The notes: generated by a model not told the origin, from the letters alone. A stretch of 64,000 bases of DNA from Anaeromyxobacteraceae bacterium (GCA_032654565.1 JAULAX010000009.1:64001-128000), one strand, 5' to 3'; positions 1 through 9,175 are shown, counted from the first letter of the stretch. A program made the numbers and translations.

Positions 1-1
1 C

Positions 2-163
2 GACAAGGGGCACGACGTCACCTTCGCCCCCGGCCACACCGTCCCGCTGGGCGTGCAGTGGCAGGACGGGCAGCTGGTGGCCTTCTTCCCCAACGGCTGG
101 CAGGGGATCACCTTCAAGGGCGTCAAGCCCTTCGTGGTCCCGCCGGAGATGAAGAAGAAGTAG
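2..163 (+). CDS. C-terminal fragment of a branched-chain-type ABC transporter substrate-binding protein (5' end outside window)
   Basis: Frame 2 reads ...VPLGVQWQDGQLVAFFPNGWQG...MKKK*. QWQDG is typical of LivJ/K-like C-termini, and LivH/LivM permeases follow. Confidence 0.75.
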   Translation, partial: DKGHDVTFAPGHTVPLGVQWQDGQLVAFFPNGWQGITFKGVKPFVVPPEMKKK

Positions 164-173
164 CCGACCCGGG

Positions 174-197
174 CCGGCCCCGCGCTCCCGGGGCCGG
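174..197 (+). other. GC stem-loop after the SBP gene (possible mRNA stabiliser or partial terminator)
   Basis: CCGGCCCCG-cgctcc-CGGGGCCGG, a perfect 9-bp stem. Confidence 0.45.
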
Positions 198-218
198 TCC
201 TCCCTCCCCTCCCCCCGC

Positions 219-1088
219 TTGCTCCGCTCGCTCCTCGTCACCGGCCTGGTCAACGGCGCCATCTACGCGCTGCTGGCGCTCGGCTTCTCGCTGATCTTCG
301 GCGTGGCCCGCATCGTCAACATCGCCTACGCCGGCCTCTACATGCTGGCGGCCTACCTGGTCTACATCCTGCTCAACGTGGCCGGGCTCCCGGCCCCGGC
401 CGCCGTGCCGCTGGCGGTGGCGGCCACGGTGGTGCTGGGGCTGGCCGTCTACCGCCTGGTCATCGAGCCGGTGCGGGAGCACGAGTCGGCGGTGCTGATC
501 TCCACCATCGCCCTCACCCTGATCTTCCAGGAGCTGGTGCTGGCCGCCTTCGGCGGCAACTTCCTCGGCAACCCGGTCTGGGCCGACGGGATCGTCGAGG
601 TGCTCGGGGTCACCGTCACCTACCAGCAGCTCCTCAGCCTGGGGGTGGTGACCCTGGCGCTGGGCGGCGTCTGGCTGGTCCTCAACCGGACCCGGCTGGG
701 CGTGGCCATCCGCGCCACCGCCAACGACCGGGAGGTGGCCAACCTGATGGGCATGAACGTCCGGCGCGTCGAGCTCTGGAGCGCCGCCCTCTCGGCGGCG
801 CTGGCCGGCGTCGCCGGGGCGGTGGTGGCGCCGCTGGCGGTCATCGACCCGCTCATGTGGCAGGCGCCGCTGGTCAACATCCTCGCCATCGTGGTGGTGG
901 GCGGGCTGGGGAGCCTGAAGGGCAGCCTGATCGCCGCCTTCGTCATCGGCTACGTGGAGGCGGCCACCGTCTTCCTCCTCCCCTCCGGCTCCTTCCTCAA
1001 GGGGGCGGTGGCGCTCACCATCATGGTCGGGGTGCTGCTGCTCCGCCCCGAGGGGCTGTTCGGCGTCGCCTTCGAGGAGGAGCGTTGA
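219..1088 (+). CDS. livH: Branched-chain amino acid ABC transporter permease (LivH-like)
   Basis: GAIYALLALGFSLIFGVARIVNIA, TRLGVAIRA, GGLGSLKG and RPEGLFG motifs; hydrophobic. Confidence 0.9.
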   Translation: MLRSLLVTGLVNGAIYALLALGFSLIFGVARIVNIAYAGLYMLAAYLVYILLNVAGLPAPAAVPLAVAATVVLGLAVYRLVIEPVREHESAVLISTIALTLIFQELVLAAFGGNFLGNPVWADGIVEVLGVTVTYQQLLSLGVVTLALGGVWLVLNRTRLGVAIRATANDREVANLMGMNVRRVELWSAALSAALAGVAGAVVAPLAVIDPLMWQAPLVNILAIVVVGGLGSLKGSLIAAFVIGYVEAATVFLLPSGSFLKGAVALTIMVGVLLLRPEGLFGVAFEEER

Positions 1089-2125
1089 TGCGCTGGCTGC
1101 GGCGCGGCTGGCGATTCGTCCGCGGCGAGGTGCTGGTGCTGCCCAGCCGCGTGCTGGTGCTGGCCTTCTGCCTGGGGCTGCTGGCGCTGCCGCTGCTGAC
1201 CCGGGATCCCTACGTGCTCCGGGTGGTGATCCTCTCCTGCCTCTTCGCCATCTTCGCCGCCAGCTGGGACCTGGTGTCCGGCTACTCCGGGCAGGTCAGC
1301 CTGGGCCAGGCCCTCTACTTCGGGGCCGGGGCCTACGGCTCGGCGCTGCTCAACCACCACCTCGGCTGGACCCCGTGGGTCACCATCCCGGCCGGCGCGC
1401 TGCTGGCCACGCTCACCGGGGCGCTGGCCGGCGTCCCCTGCCTGCGGCTGCGCGGCTCCTACCTGAGCCTGGCCACCCTGGCCTTCCCGCTCATCCTCAC
1501 CGGGGCGCTCTTCGCCCTCCCCTCGCTCTCCGGCGGCGAGCTGGGGCTCTCCGGCCTGGCGCCGCTGGTCCGCTCCCGGGTCGGCTTCTACTACGTGGCG
1601 GTGGTCACCATGCTGGTGTCGGTCTTCGCCATGTGGCTGGTCGGCGACTCCAACACCGGCCTGCTCTTCCACGCCATCCGCGAGGACGAGACCGCGGCCC
1701 GCGCCTCCGGCATCGACACCCCGCGCTACCGCCTCACCGCCTTCGCGCTGGCCGGGCTCTTCGGCGGCGTCGCCGGCGGGCTCTACGCCCACTTCGTCCG
1801 GGTGGCGGGGCCGTCGACGCTGGAGGTGACGCTCTCCTTCCAGGCGGTGATCTGGGGGGTGTTCGGCGGGGTGGCCACCATCTACGGCCCGGTGGCCGGG
1901 GTCTTCCTGCTCTACCCGCTGACCGAGCTGCTGGCGCTGGTGCCCTGGCTGGGCGAGCACCGGCTGCTGATCTTCGCCCTGGTGGTGCTGGTGATCCTGC
2001 GGGTCATGCCCCAGGGGGTGGCCCACTGGGTGCGCGACCGCATCGAGCGGGAGTGCCGGCGCTGCAAGGCCAGGACGGTGGCCACCCGCGCCGCCTGCCG
2101 CGTCTGCGGCGCCGACCTGCGCTGA
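1088..2125 (+). CDS. livM: Branched-chain amino acid ABC transporter permease (LivM-like) with C-terminal CxxC..CxxC tail
   Basis: ATG overlaps the livH stop (TGATG). Motifs SWDLVSGYSGQVSLGQA, LRLRGSYLSLATLAF, AIREDE. Confidence 0.9.
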   Translation: MRWLRRGWRFVRGEVLVLPSRVLVLAFCLGLLALPLLTRDPYVLRVVILSCLFAIFAASWDLVSGYSGQVSLGQALYFGAGAYGSALLNHHLGWTPWVTIPAGALLATLTGALAGVPCLRLRGSYLSLATLAFPLILTGALFALPSLSGGELGLSGLAPLVRSRVGFYYVAVVTMLVSVFAMWLVGDSNTGLLFHAIREDETAARASGIDTPRYRLTAFALAGLFGGVAGGLYAHFVRVAGPSTLEVTLSFQAVIWGVFGGVATIYGPVAGVFLLYPLTELLALVPWLGEHRLLIFALVVLVILRVMPQGVAHWVRDRIERECRRCKARTVATRAACRVCGADLR

Positions 2126-2177
2126 GCGGGGCCGTCCCGCGCCGTCCCCACCCGCCGCCGGGAGGCGGCGCCCCCGG

Positions 2178-2927
2178 TCACATCCCCAGGTAGGCGGTCC
2201 GCAGCCCCTCGTCGGCGCTCAGCGCGGCGCCGGTCCCCTCGGCGATGACCCGCCCCTGCGAGAGCACGTAGTTGCGGGCGGCCAGCTGGAAGGCCTTGGC
2301 CACCTCCTGCTCCACCAGCAGGATGGCCACCCCGGAGCGGTGGATCTCGGAGATGGCGGCGAAGACCTCGCCACGCACCTTGGGCGAGAGCCCCAGCGAC
2401 GGCTCGTCGATGAGCAGCAGCCGGGGCTTGCTCATCAGGGCGCGGCCGATGGCCACCATCTGCTGCTCGCCGCCGGAGAGCGTGCCGGCCACCTGGCGGC
2501 GGCGCTCGCGCAGGCGCGGGAAGAGGGTCAGCACCCGCTCCAGCTCCTCGGCCCGCCCGGCCCGGCGCAGGTAGCCGCCGGCCTCGAGGTTGTCGAGGAC
2601 GGTCAGCTCGCGGAAGGGGCGGCGGCGCTCCGGGCAGAGCACCAGGCCGCGCCGGGCGATCTCGTGGGCGGGGAGCTGGTCGATGCGCTCGCCGAGGAAG
2701 CGGATCTCGCCCTCGACGGTGATCTCGCCGCGGGTGCCCCGCAGCGCCGTCTTCTCCCAGCGCACCAGGCCGGAGACGGCGCGCATCAGCGTCGACTTGC
2801 CGGCCCCGTTGGGCCCCACCAGCCCGACCAGCTCGCCGTCGCCGACGCGCAGCGAGACCCCGCCCAGCAGGACGGCCCGGTCGTAGACGACCCGCAGGCC
2901 GTCAATGTCCAGCAGCGGCGCCGACAT
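2178..2927 (-). CDS. livF: ABC transporter ATP-binding protein (LivF-like)
   Basis: GPNGAGKST, LSGGEQQMVAIGRALM, DEPSLGLSP, LLVEQ. Confidence 0.92.
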   Translation of the reverse strand: MSAPLLDIDGLRVVYDRAVLLGGVSLRVGDGELVGLVGPNGAGKSTLMRAVSGLVRWEKTALRGTRGEITVEGEIRFLGERIDQLPAHEIARRGLVLCPERRRPFRELTVLDNLEAGGYLRRAGRAEELERVLTLFPRLRERRRQVAGTLSGGEQQMVAIGRALMSKPRLLLIDEPSLGLSPKVRGEVFAAISEIHRSGVAILLVEQEVAKAFQLAARNYVLSQGRVIAEGTGAALSADEGLRTAYLGM

Positions 2928-3687
2928 GCTCCACCCCGAGGTAGGCCTCGATGACCCTGGGATCCCGCACCACGTCCTCCGGCTTCCCGTCGAGCAGGAT
3001 CCCGCCGAAGTTGACCACGATGACCCGGTCGACGATCGACATCAGCTCCTTGAGCTTGTGCTCGATGATGATCATGGCCGGCCCCTCGCTGTGCAGCCGC
3101 CCGAACCGGCCGCCCTTGTGGAGGCGGCGGATGGAGCGGGCCAGCAGGTCGGACTCGGTGGGGTTGAGGCCGCCGAAGGGCTCGTCGAGCAGCAGCAGCT
3201 CCGGCTCGGTGGCGATGGCCCGGGCCACCTCGAGCCGCTTCAGGTCCCCCTGGGAGAGCGAGGAGGCCGGCTCGCGGGCCAGGTCGGAGATGCCGACGAA
3301 CTCCAGGGCGTCCATGGCCTTGGCCTCGATGACCTTGACCCACTCGCCGCGCTGCTGCCCGCGCCGGGAGAGGCAGGGCACCATGACGTTGGCGATGATG
3401 GGGAGGCGGCGGAAGGGCCGGGTGTTCTGGAAGGTCCCGGCGATCCCCAGGTTGACCATCTCCCAGGGCGGCAGGGCGGTGACGTCGCGCCCCTTCCAGA
3501 GGATGCGGCCGGCGTCGGGCCGGAGGATGCGGGTGATGAGGCGCAGCAGCGTGGTCTTCCCGGCGCCGTTGGGCCCGATGACGCCGACCAGCTCGTCCCG
3601 CCGCAGCCGGAAGGAGACGTCGTCCACCGCCACCAGGCCGCCGAAGCGCTTGGTCAGCCCCTGCACCTCGAAGAAGTCGCCGCTCAT
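2902..3687 (-). CDS. livG: ABC transporter ATP-binding protein (LivG-like)
   Basis: Starts MSGDFFEVQGLTKRFGGLVAV; GPNGAGKTT, LLLDEP, IEH, VIEAYLG; ATGA overlap with the upstream gene. Confidence 0.92.
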   Translation of the reverse strand: MSGDFFEVQGLTKRFGGLVAVDDVSFRLRRDELVGVIGPNGAGKTTLLRLITRILRPDAGRILWKGRDVTALPPWEMVNLGIAGTFQNTRPFRRLPIIANVMVPCLSRRGQQRGEWVKVIEAKAMDALEFVGISDLAREPASSLSQGDLKRLEVARAIATEPELLLLDEPFGGLNPTESDLLARSIRRLHKGGRFGRLHSEGPAMIIIEHKLKELMSIVDRVIVVNFGGILLDGKPEDVVRDPRVIEAYLGVEHVGAAAGH

Positions 3688-5396
3688 GTCCGGCCGCCGC
3701 CCTGGTGCTCGTCGCGCAGCTCGCGCCGCGACACCTTGCCGACGTCGGTCTTGGGGAGCTCGCCGCGGAACTCGACGATCCTGGGGACCTTGTAGTGGGC
3801 CAGCCGCTCGGCGCAGAAGGCCTTGACCTCCTCCTCGCTCAGCTTGCCGCGGGCCTCGGGCTGGAGCACCACCACCGCCTTGATGATGGCGCCCACCGCC
3901 GGGTCGGGGACGCCGATGACCCCGGCGGCCTTGACGTGGGGGTGGGTGTAGAGCACGTCCTCGACGTCCTTGGCGAAGACCGAGTAGCCCTTGTACTTGA
4001 TCAGGTCCTTGCGCCGGTCCACGTAGTGGAAGAAGCCGTCCTGGTCCATGCGCACCAGGTCGCCGGTGCGCAGCCAGGTGCGCCCCCCCTCCTGCCACAG
4101 CGAGCCGGCGGTCTCCTCCGGCCGGTTCCAGTAGCCGCGCATGACGTTGGGGCCGCAGAGGAGCAGCTCGCCCACCTCCCCCACCGGGAGGAAGGTGGTC
4201 CCGTCGGGATCGGCGATGGCGGCGTCGAGGCCCGGGAAGGGGAGCCCGAAGGAGCCGGGGCGCGCCCCCTGGCGCGGGTTGAGGTGGGAGGCGGCGGTCG
4301 ACTCGGTGAGGCCGTAGCCCTCTCGGATCCCGGTGCCGGTGCGGGCCTGCCAGCCGGTGGCGGTGGACTGGTGCAGGGTGTCGGCCCCGCAGCCGATCAG
4401 CTTGAGCCGCCGCCAGTTGACCCGGGTGGTCCGCTGGTGCTCCTTGAGGGTCTCGTAGAGGGTGGGGACGCCCCAGAAGACGGTGGCCTGCCAGTCCTCG
4501 ACCGCCTCGAGGATGGCGTCCAGGTCCGGCGTGGTGAAGAGCACCTGGGTCTGGCCGCTGGCGATGGCCGAGAACAGCACCACCACCTGCCCGTAGATGT
4601 GGAAGTAGGGGAGGAAGGCCATCAGCGTCTCCTTCCCCTCCTCCAGCCCCATGACCGCGTTGGCGAAGGAGCGGAGCGCCACCAGGTTGCGGTGGGTCAG
4701 CATCACGCCCTTGGGGTTGCCGGTGGTGCCGCCGGTGTAGGGCAGCGCCGCCAGGTCGGCGCCCGGGTCGATGGCCACCGCCGGCGGGCGTGGCGGGTGG
4801 CTGGCCAGCAGGGCCTGGAAGGAGAGCGTGCCGGGGGCGGCCGGGCCCGCCGCGGGGATGGCCAGGGAGCGGAAGACCTTGCCGAGGAAGCTGCGCCCCA
4901 CCGCCTGGGAGAGGGCCGGCAGGTACTCCCCGACGCCGGTGAGGATGACGTGCTCGACGCGCACCCCCGACTTCTCCACCTTGTCGTGGAGCATGTCCTG
5001 GCAGACCAGGATGCGGGCGCCGCTGTCCTCGAGCTGGAAGCGGATCTCGTGGCTGGTGTAGACCGGGCTGATGGCGGTGACCACGCCGCCCACCTTGAGC
5101 GCCGCGAAGTAGGCGATGACGAACTGCGGGCTGTTGAGCAGGTAGAGGGCGACCCGATCGCCCTTCTGCAGGCCGAGGGCGGCGAAGGCGGTGGCCAGCC
5201 GGTCCACCTGGTCGCGCAGCTCGGCGAAGCTGATCTTCCGGCCGGAGAAGATCAGCGCGGTCCGGCCGCCGAAGCGCGAGGTGGCCTCGTCGAAGACCTG
5301 GGAGACCGACCGGTCGGGGACGGCGACGTCGGCGGTGACGCCCGGGTCGTAGTGCTTGACCCAGGGACGGGCCAGGTAGTCGGCGAGCGCGCTCAC
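3684..5396 (-). CDS. Long-chain fatty acid--CoA ligase (FadD-like AMP-binding enzyme)
   Basis: YTGGTTGNPKG, EGYGLTE, LRTGD, LPKTDVGK; GTG start preceded by GAGGAGAG RBS. Confidence 0.9.
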   Translation of the reverse strand: MSALADYLARPWVKHYDPGVTADVAVPDRSVSQVFDEATSRFGGRTALIFSGRKISFAELRDQVDRLATAFAALGLQKGDRVALYLLNSPQFVIAYFAALKVGGVVTAISPVYTSHEIRFQLEDSGARILVCQDMLHDKVEKSGVRVEHVILTGVGEYLPALSQAVGRSFLGKVFRSLAIPAAGPAAPGTLSFQALLASHPPRPPAVAIDPGADLAALPYTGGTTGNPKGVMLTHRNLVALRSFANAVMGLEEGKETLMAFLPYFHIYGQVVVLFSAIASGQTQVLFTTPDLDAILEAVEDWQATVFWGVPTLYETLKEHQRTTRVNWRRLKLIGCGADTLHQSTATGWQARTGTGIREGYGLTESTAASHLNPRQGARPGSFGLPFPGLDAAIADPDGTTFLPVGEVGELLLCGPNVMRGYWNRPEETAGSLWQEGGRTWLRTGDLVRMDQDGFFHYVDRRKDLIKYKGYSVFAKDVEDVLYTHPHVKAAGVIGVPDPAVGAIIKAVVVLQPEARGKLSEEEVKAFCAERLAHYKVPRIVEFRGELPKTDVGKVSRRELRDEHQGGGRT

Positions 5397-5540
5397 GGGG
5401 GTCTCTCCTCGGATCCACCGTGGCACGCCGGCGCGACGCCCCGCAAGGCTCATCTCCCAGTGAAGCCGGCCGGACCGCAGGCGGCCGGCCACGGGCCCCC
5501 CGCCGCGGGTTCGGCGATCACCTCGCCGGCGCCGCCCGTG

Positions 5541-5546
5541 TAGACT
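5541..5546 (+). promoter_or_regulatory. -10 box (TAGACT) 7 nt before the yggS GTG; leaderless-type promoter
   Basis: TAGACT-gcccccc-GTG, with no SD sequence. Confidence 0.5.
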
Positions 5547-5553
5547 GCCCCCC

Positions 5554-6213
5554 GTGACCATCCCCGGCGCCCCGCCCTCCATCGCCGCCCGGCTGGCCGA
5601 GGTGCGCGCCCGCCTGCCCGCCACGGTGACGCTGGTGGCCATCTCCAAGACCCAGCCGGTCGAGGCCATCCGCGAGGCCTACGCCGCCGGGCAGCGCCAC
5701 TTCGGCGAGAACTACGCCCAGGAGTGGCGCGCCAAGGCCGACGCCCTGGCCGACCTCGCCGACCTGACCTGGCACTTCGTCGGCGGGCTGCAGACCAACA
5801 AGGTGAAGTACCTGGCGCCGCGCGCCGCCTGGGTCCACACCCTCGACCGGGAGGAGCTGGCCCGCGAGCTCGGCAAGCGCTACGCGGCGGCCGGGGCCAC
5901 GGCCCGGGTGCTGGTCGAGGTGAACCTGGGCGGCGAGGCCCAGAAGTCCGGCTGCGCCCCGGAGCGGGTGGAGCCGCTGGTGGCGCTGGCGCGGGGGCTG
6001 CCCGGGCTGGAGGTGGCGGGGCTGATGTGCATCCCGCCGCCGGAGGAGGAGCCGCGCGGCCACTTCGCCCGGCTGCGGGCGCTGCGCGACCGGCTGGGGC
6101 TGCGCGAGCTGTCGATGGGGATGAGCGCCGACTGGCCGGTGGCGGTGGAGGAGGGCGCGACCCTGGTCCGGCTCGGCACCGCGCTGTTTGGCGAGCGGCC
6201 GCCGCGCGCCTAG
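5554..6213 (+). CDS. yggS: YggS family PLP-binding protein
   Basis: LVAISKTQ, FGENYAQE, WHFVGGLQTNK, GLMCIPP, LSMGMSAD, LVRLGTALFG. Confidence 0.95.
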   Translation: MTIPGAPPSIAARLAEVRARLPATVTLVAISKTQPVEAIREAYAAGQRHFGENYAQEWRAKADALADLADLTWHFVGGLQTNKVKYLAPRAAWVHTLDREELARELGKRYAAAGATARVLVEVNLGGEAQKSGCAPERVEPLVALARGLPGLEVAGLMCIPPPEEEPRGHFARLRALRDRLGLRELSMGMSADWPVAVEEGATLVRLGTALFGERPPRA

Positions 6214-6428
6214 ATCAGCCTGGTCTTCAGCCGCCCCGAGTCGGTCACCGTGACCCGGAACTCGGCGCCGCAGTAGTAGCAGCGGATCTCGTCCCCGTCG
6301 CCGAACTTGTCGTCGTAGGGGTTGTTGGCGGCGCACTCCGGGCAGTCGAAGTCACCGAAGCGGCGCGCCGTGCCTTCGTTGGCGTCTTCCTTCTCGTCGT
6401 CTTCGTCGTAGCCCTGGTCGACCGGCAT
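6210..6428 (-). CDS. Small acidic zinc-ribbon protein (72 aa)
   Basis: MPVDQGYDEDDE...CPEC-x17-CYYCGAEF; GGAGGGG RBS. Confidence 0.75.
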   Translation of the reverse strand: MPVDQGYDEDDEKEDANEGTARRFGDFDCPECAANNPYDDKFGDGDEIRCYYCGAEFRVTVTDSGRLKTRLI

Positions 6429-6552
6429 GGCCCCTCCCGGGCCGGATGATGGCCGCTGGGCCCGACGCCGTCCACCCCCGGCGCGCCCCGGCCCCGGAAT
6501 GGGCCCCGCCCCGCTGGACGTCCCCGGGGGGGCGGGGCGATGCTGCCGCCCG

Positions 6553-7305
6553 ATGCTCGCCGCCGCCACCGCCCTGGCCCTGCTCCTGGCCGCGCCGCCC
6601 GCCTGCGGCCTGCCCCCGCTGGCCGGTCCGCCGCCCTGGCGCCCCGGCGAGCGGCTGCGCATGGACCTGTCGCTGCTCGGCTCCATCAAGGTGGGAGAGG
6701 TCCAGTTCTCGGTGGAGCGCCCCGGCGCCGGCGGCGCCGTCATCCCCCTGGTGGGCAAGGCCCGCAACACCGCCCGCTTCGGGCCGCTGCAGAAGCTGGT
6801 GGCGGTGGCCCTCTCCTGGGTGGACGCCGGGACGCTGCGCCCGGAGCGCTACCGCGAGGAGGCCGACGAGGACGGGCGCCGCCGCTCCATCGACGCCCGC
6901 TTCGTCCCCCCCGGCCCCACCGTGATCCTGGAGAGCATGGACCGGGGCAGCCGCGGCAGCGCCACCTTCGAGCGCCGGGGGGAGGTGCTCGATGCCCTCT
7001 CCGCCCTCTACCTGCTCCGCGCCGCCCGGCTGTCGGCCGGCGACCGGCTCTGCTTCGACCTGGTGGCCAATGGCAAGTACTGGCGGTTCGCCGGGGCGGT
7101 GGCCTCCCGGACGGAGACCTTCGAGGTGCCGGCCGGCCGCTTCACCGCGCTGCGGGTGGAGGGGACGGCGACGCGCGCCGACGGCGCCGGGAAGCCCCGC
7201 CCGATCTGGGCCTGGTACTCGGCCGACGCCCGTCGGCTGCCGCTGGCGGTGGTCACCGAGGTGGACCTCGGGGTGGTCTCGGCCAAGCTGGAGGAGGCGC
7301 GCTGA
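6553..7305 (+). CDS. Exported DUF3108-like protein
   Basis: Signal peptide, WRPGERL, DALSALYLLR, WYSADARRLPL. Confidence 0.7.
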   Translation: MLAAATALALLLAAPPACGLPPLAGPPPWRPGERLRMDLSLLGSIKVGEVQFSVERPGAGGAVIPLVGKARNTARFGPLQKLVAVALSWVDAGTLRPERYREEADEDGRRRSIDARFVPPGPTVILESMDRGSRGSATFERRGEVLDALSALYLLRAARLSAGDRLCFDLVANGKYWRFAGAVASRTETFEVPAGRFTALRVEGTATRADGAGKPRPIWAWYSADARRLPLAVVTEVDLGVVSAKLEEAR

Positions 7306-7390
7306 GCCGCGGCGGCCCCGGGCGGGCCGTGGTCTCGGGCCGATCGCTCCCCGGTGCGGCCGGCGCCGGCCTGGCCGGCGAGGCCCCGCC

Positions 7391-7753
7391 TCACATCCGC
7401 GCCGCCACCTGGGCCAGCCGGCGGCGGGTGTTGGTCAGCATCTCGCCGAGGTAGTCGAGCTGGTCCACCGGGCCGCCCCCGAGGGCCAGCGACAGCAGCT
7501 GGTCCTGGGTGAGGCGCGGATCGGCCACCGCCCGCTCGATCCCCTGCACGTAGCGCTGGATGTGGCCGAGCGCCTCCCGGACCTCGCGCAGGTCGTCGGA
7601 GAGGAAGTCGAGGACCACGTGCTCACGCGCCGAGCGCCCGGAGAGCCGCTGCCGCAGCGCCTCCACCGGGTCGAGGACCGGCGCCGGCTCCACCCGCCGC
7701 GGCGCCATGACCTCCTGCTGCGACACCGCCACCTGCCCGATCGCCACCTTCAT
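7391..7753 (-). CDS. Hypothetical alpha-helical protein (120 aa)
   Basis: MKVAIGQVAVSQQ...; ATGA-coupled to the upstream gene; normal codon bias. Confidence 0.7.
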   Translation of the reverse strand: MKVAIGQVAVSQQEVMAPRRVEPAPVLDPVEALRQRLSGRSAREHVVLDFLSDDLREVREALGHIQRYVQGIERAVADPRLTQDQLLSLALGGGPVDQLDYLGEMLTNTRRRLAQVAARM

Positions 7754-8526
7754 GGCTTCTCCCCCGCGCCCCGCGCGGTCCGCAGCGCCACCGCGGCGAT
7801 GGCCGCGGCGATCCGTTCGTACCCCTGCCCCTCGTCGGCCAGCTCCTGCACCTCGCGGACGGCCGCCGCCTCGGCCGCCGTCCCCGAGAGCCCCCGGGCC
7901 TTCATGAGCGCCCGCGCCAGCGCCAGCTCGCGGCCGCCGCGCCGCGATCCCTGGGCCGCCGGCCGGGGGCGCGCCGCCGCCGGGGCCTGGGCCACGGCCG
8001 GAGCCAGCGGGTGGCCGTCGGGCGGCGCGGCGCCGCCGCGGACCGCGCCGGCCCGCCCCAGCAGCACCTCGTCCCCGGGCGGCTGGCCGAAGGGCTCCCC
8101 CGGCCAGGCCACCTTCCAGAGCGTGCCGCGGTTGTCGCGGTGGAGCGGGGTGACGAAGCCGCCCGACACCAGGGCGTCGAGCACCCGCAGCAGCCGCCGC
8201 TCGGAGAGCCGCAGCCGGGCCATCAGCTCCCGCTTGCCGACCCGGGCCCAGTTGCGCCCCTCGCTCCAGGAGAGCCGGATGAGGTGGAACCAGGTGGCCT
8301 GCGCCTCGGCCTCCAGCCGCTCTCCGGCCCGGTCGAAGGCGATGAGCGGGATGGGCGCGAAGGCCGAGCGGACCCGGGCGGCGCCGAGCAGCTGGCCGTG
8401 GAACGGGAGGCGACGCAGCTCGCCGGGGGCCAGCGCCTCGGCGGCCACCTGGCCGGCGGTGAGGCGTGCCGTGGGGAGCGCGGCGCTGCCGCGGACACCC
8501 CGGTAATAGGCCTCGCCCTTCGCCAC
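7750..8526 (-). CDS. Hypothetical winged helix-turn-helix protein
   Basis: WFHLIRLSW...GKRELMARLRLSERRLLRVLDALVSGGFV...GTLWKV is wHTH-like; GGAGGGG RBS. Confidence 0.65.
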   Translation of the reverse strand: MAKGEAYYRGVRGSAALPTARLTAGQVAAEALAPGELRRLPFHGQLLGAARVRSAFAPIPLIAFDRAGERLEAEAQATWFHLIRLSWSEGRNWARVGKRELMARLRLSERRLLRVLDALVSGGFVTPLHRDNRGTLWKVAWPGEPFGQPPGDEVLLGRAGAVRGGAAPPDGHPLAPAVAQAPAAARPRPAAQGSRRGGRELALARALMKARGLSGTAAEAAAVREVQELADEGQGYERIAAAIAAVALRTARGAGEKP

Positions 8527-8562
8527 CCGACCCCCTCCGGCCCGGCAACGGCCCCGGCGGTC

Positions 8563-8590
8563 AGGGTAATCGAGCGATATCGCCGGTCAA
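8563..8590 (-). promoter_or_regulatory. Sigma70-type promoter TTGACC-16-TACCCT with palindrome GCGATATCGC in the spacer
   Basis: Read directly upstream of 8526; palindrome at 8574-8583. Confidence 0.5.
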
Positions 8591-8596
8591 TTTCCT

Positions 8597-8627
8597 GGAA
8601 ACGCGAAACGGCGCCCACAGGCGCCGT
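8597..8627 (-). terminator. Probable intrinsic terminator after the DUF507 gene
   Basis: ACGGCGCC-tgtg-GGCGCCGT followed by TTCGCGTTT on the minus strand. Confidence 0.5.
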
Positions 8628-8656
8628 CGCGTGCCGTCCATCGACCTCGTCGACCG

Positions 8657-9175
8657 CTAAATGAGACCACGGGAGCGCCGCAGCAGCTCCACCGTCTTCT
8701 GGTACTCGATGTCGAAGGCGGCCGTGCCCTCCTGCAGGTGCTTCAGCCGGGCCCGCGCCTCGCGATCGATCTCGTCGTCGACGTCCAGGTGCTTGCGGAA
8801 GATGCCGAAGACCTTCTTGCGGAGGAGGTTGTCCTCGGTGAAGACCTCCTCGACGTTCCGCGAGATCAGCAGCTGCTCGATCATCTGGCCGATGACGTGC
8901 TCGATCCCCTCGTCGCCCATGCGGAAGCCGCGCACGTCGGCCATCTCGCGCTTCACGGCGGCGAAGCGGGAGTGGTCGTAGCCGCGCCGCTCCAGCGCCT
9001 CGCGGGTGGCGGCGTTCACGCGCTCCTCGAAGGAGAGGTACTCCTTCATCACCGACTCCATGTCCTTCTCGGCGTCGTTGATCCGGAGGGTCTCGACCTC
9101 GACGTCCCCATCCTGCATGAGGGTCTGGACGACCTCGCGGGCGATGGTGGGGATGACCTTGGGGTAGAGCCGCAT
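8657..9175 (-). CDS. DUF507 family protein
   Basis: MRLYPKVIPTIAREVV..., EEVFTEDNLLRKK, EIDREAR...EGT..FDIEY; GAGG RBS. Confidence 0.8.
   Translation of the reverse strand: MRLYPKVIPTIAREVVQTLMQDGDVEVETLRINDAEKDMESVMKEYLSFEERVNAATREALERRGYDHSRFAAVKREMADVRGFRMGDEGIEHVIGQMIEQLLISRNVEEVFTEDNLLRKKVFGIFRKHLDVDDEIDREARARLKHLQEGTAAFDIEYQKTVELLRRSRGLI

Noticed and set aside
5424..5440. TGGCAC as a sigma54 site upstream of yggS
   Set aside because: No GC at the -12 position.
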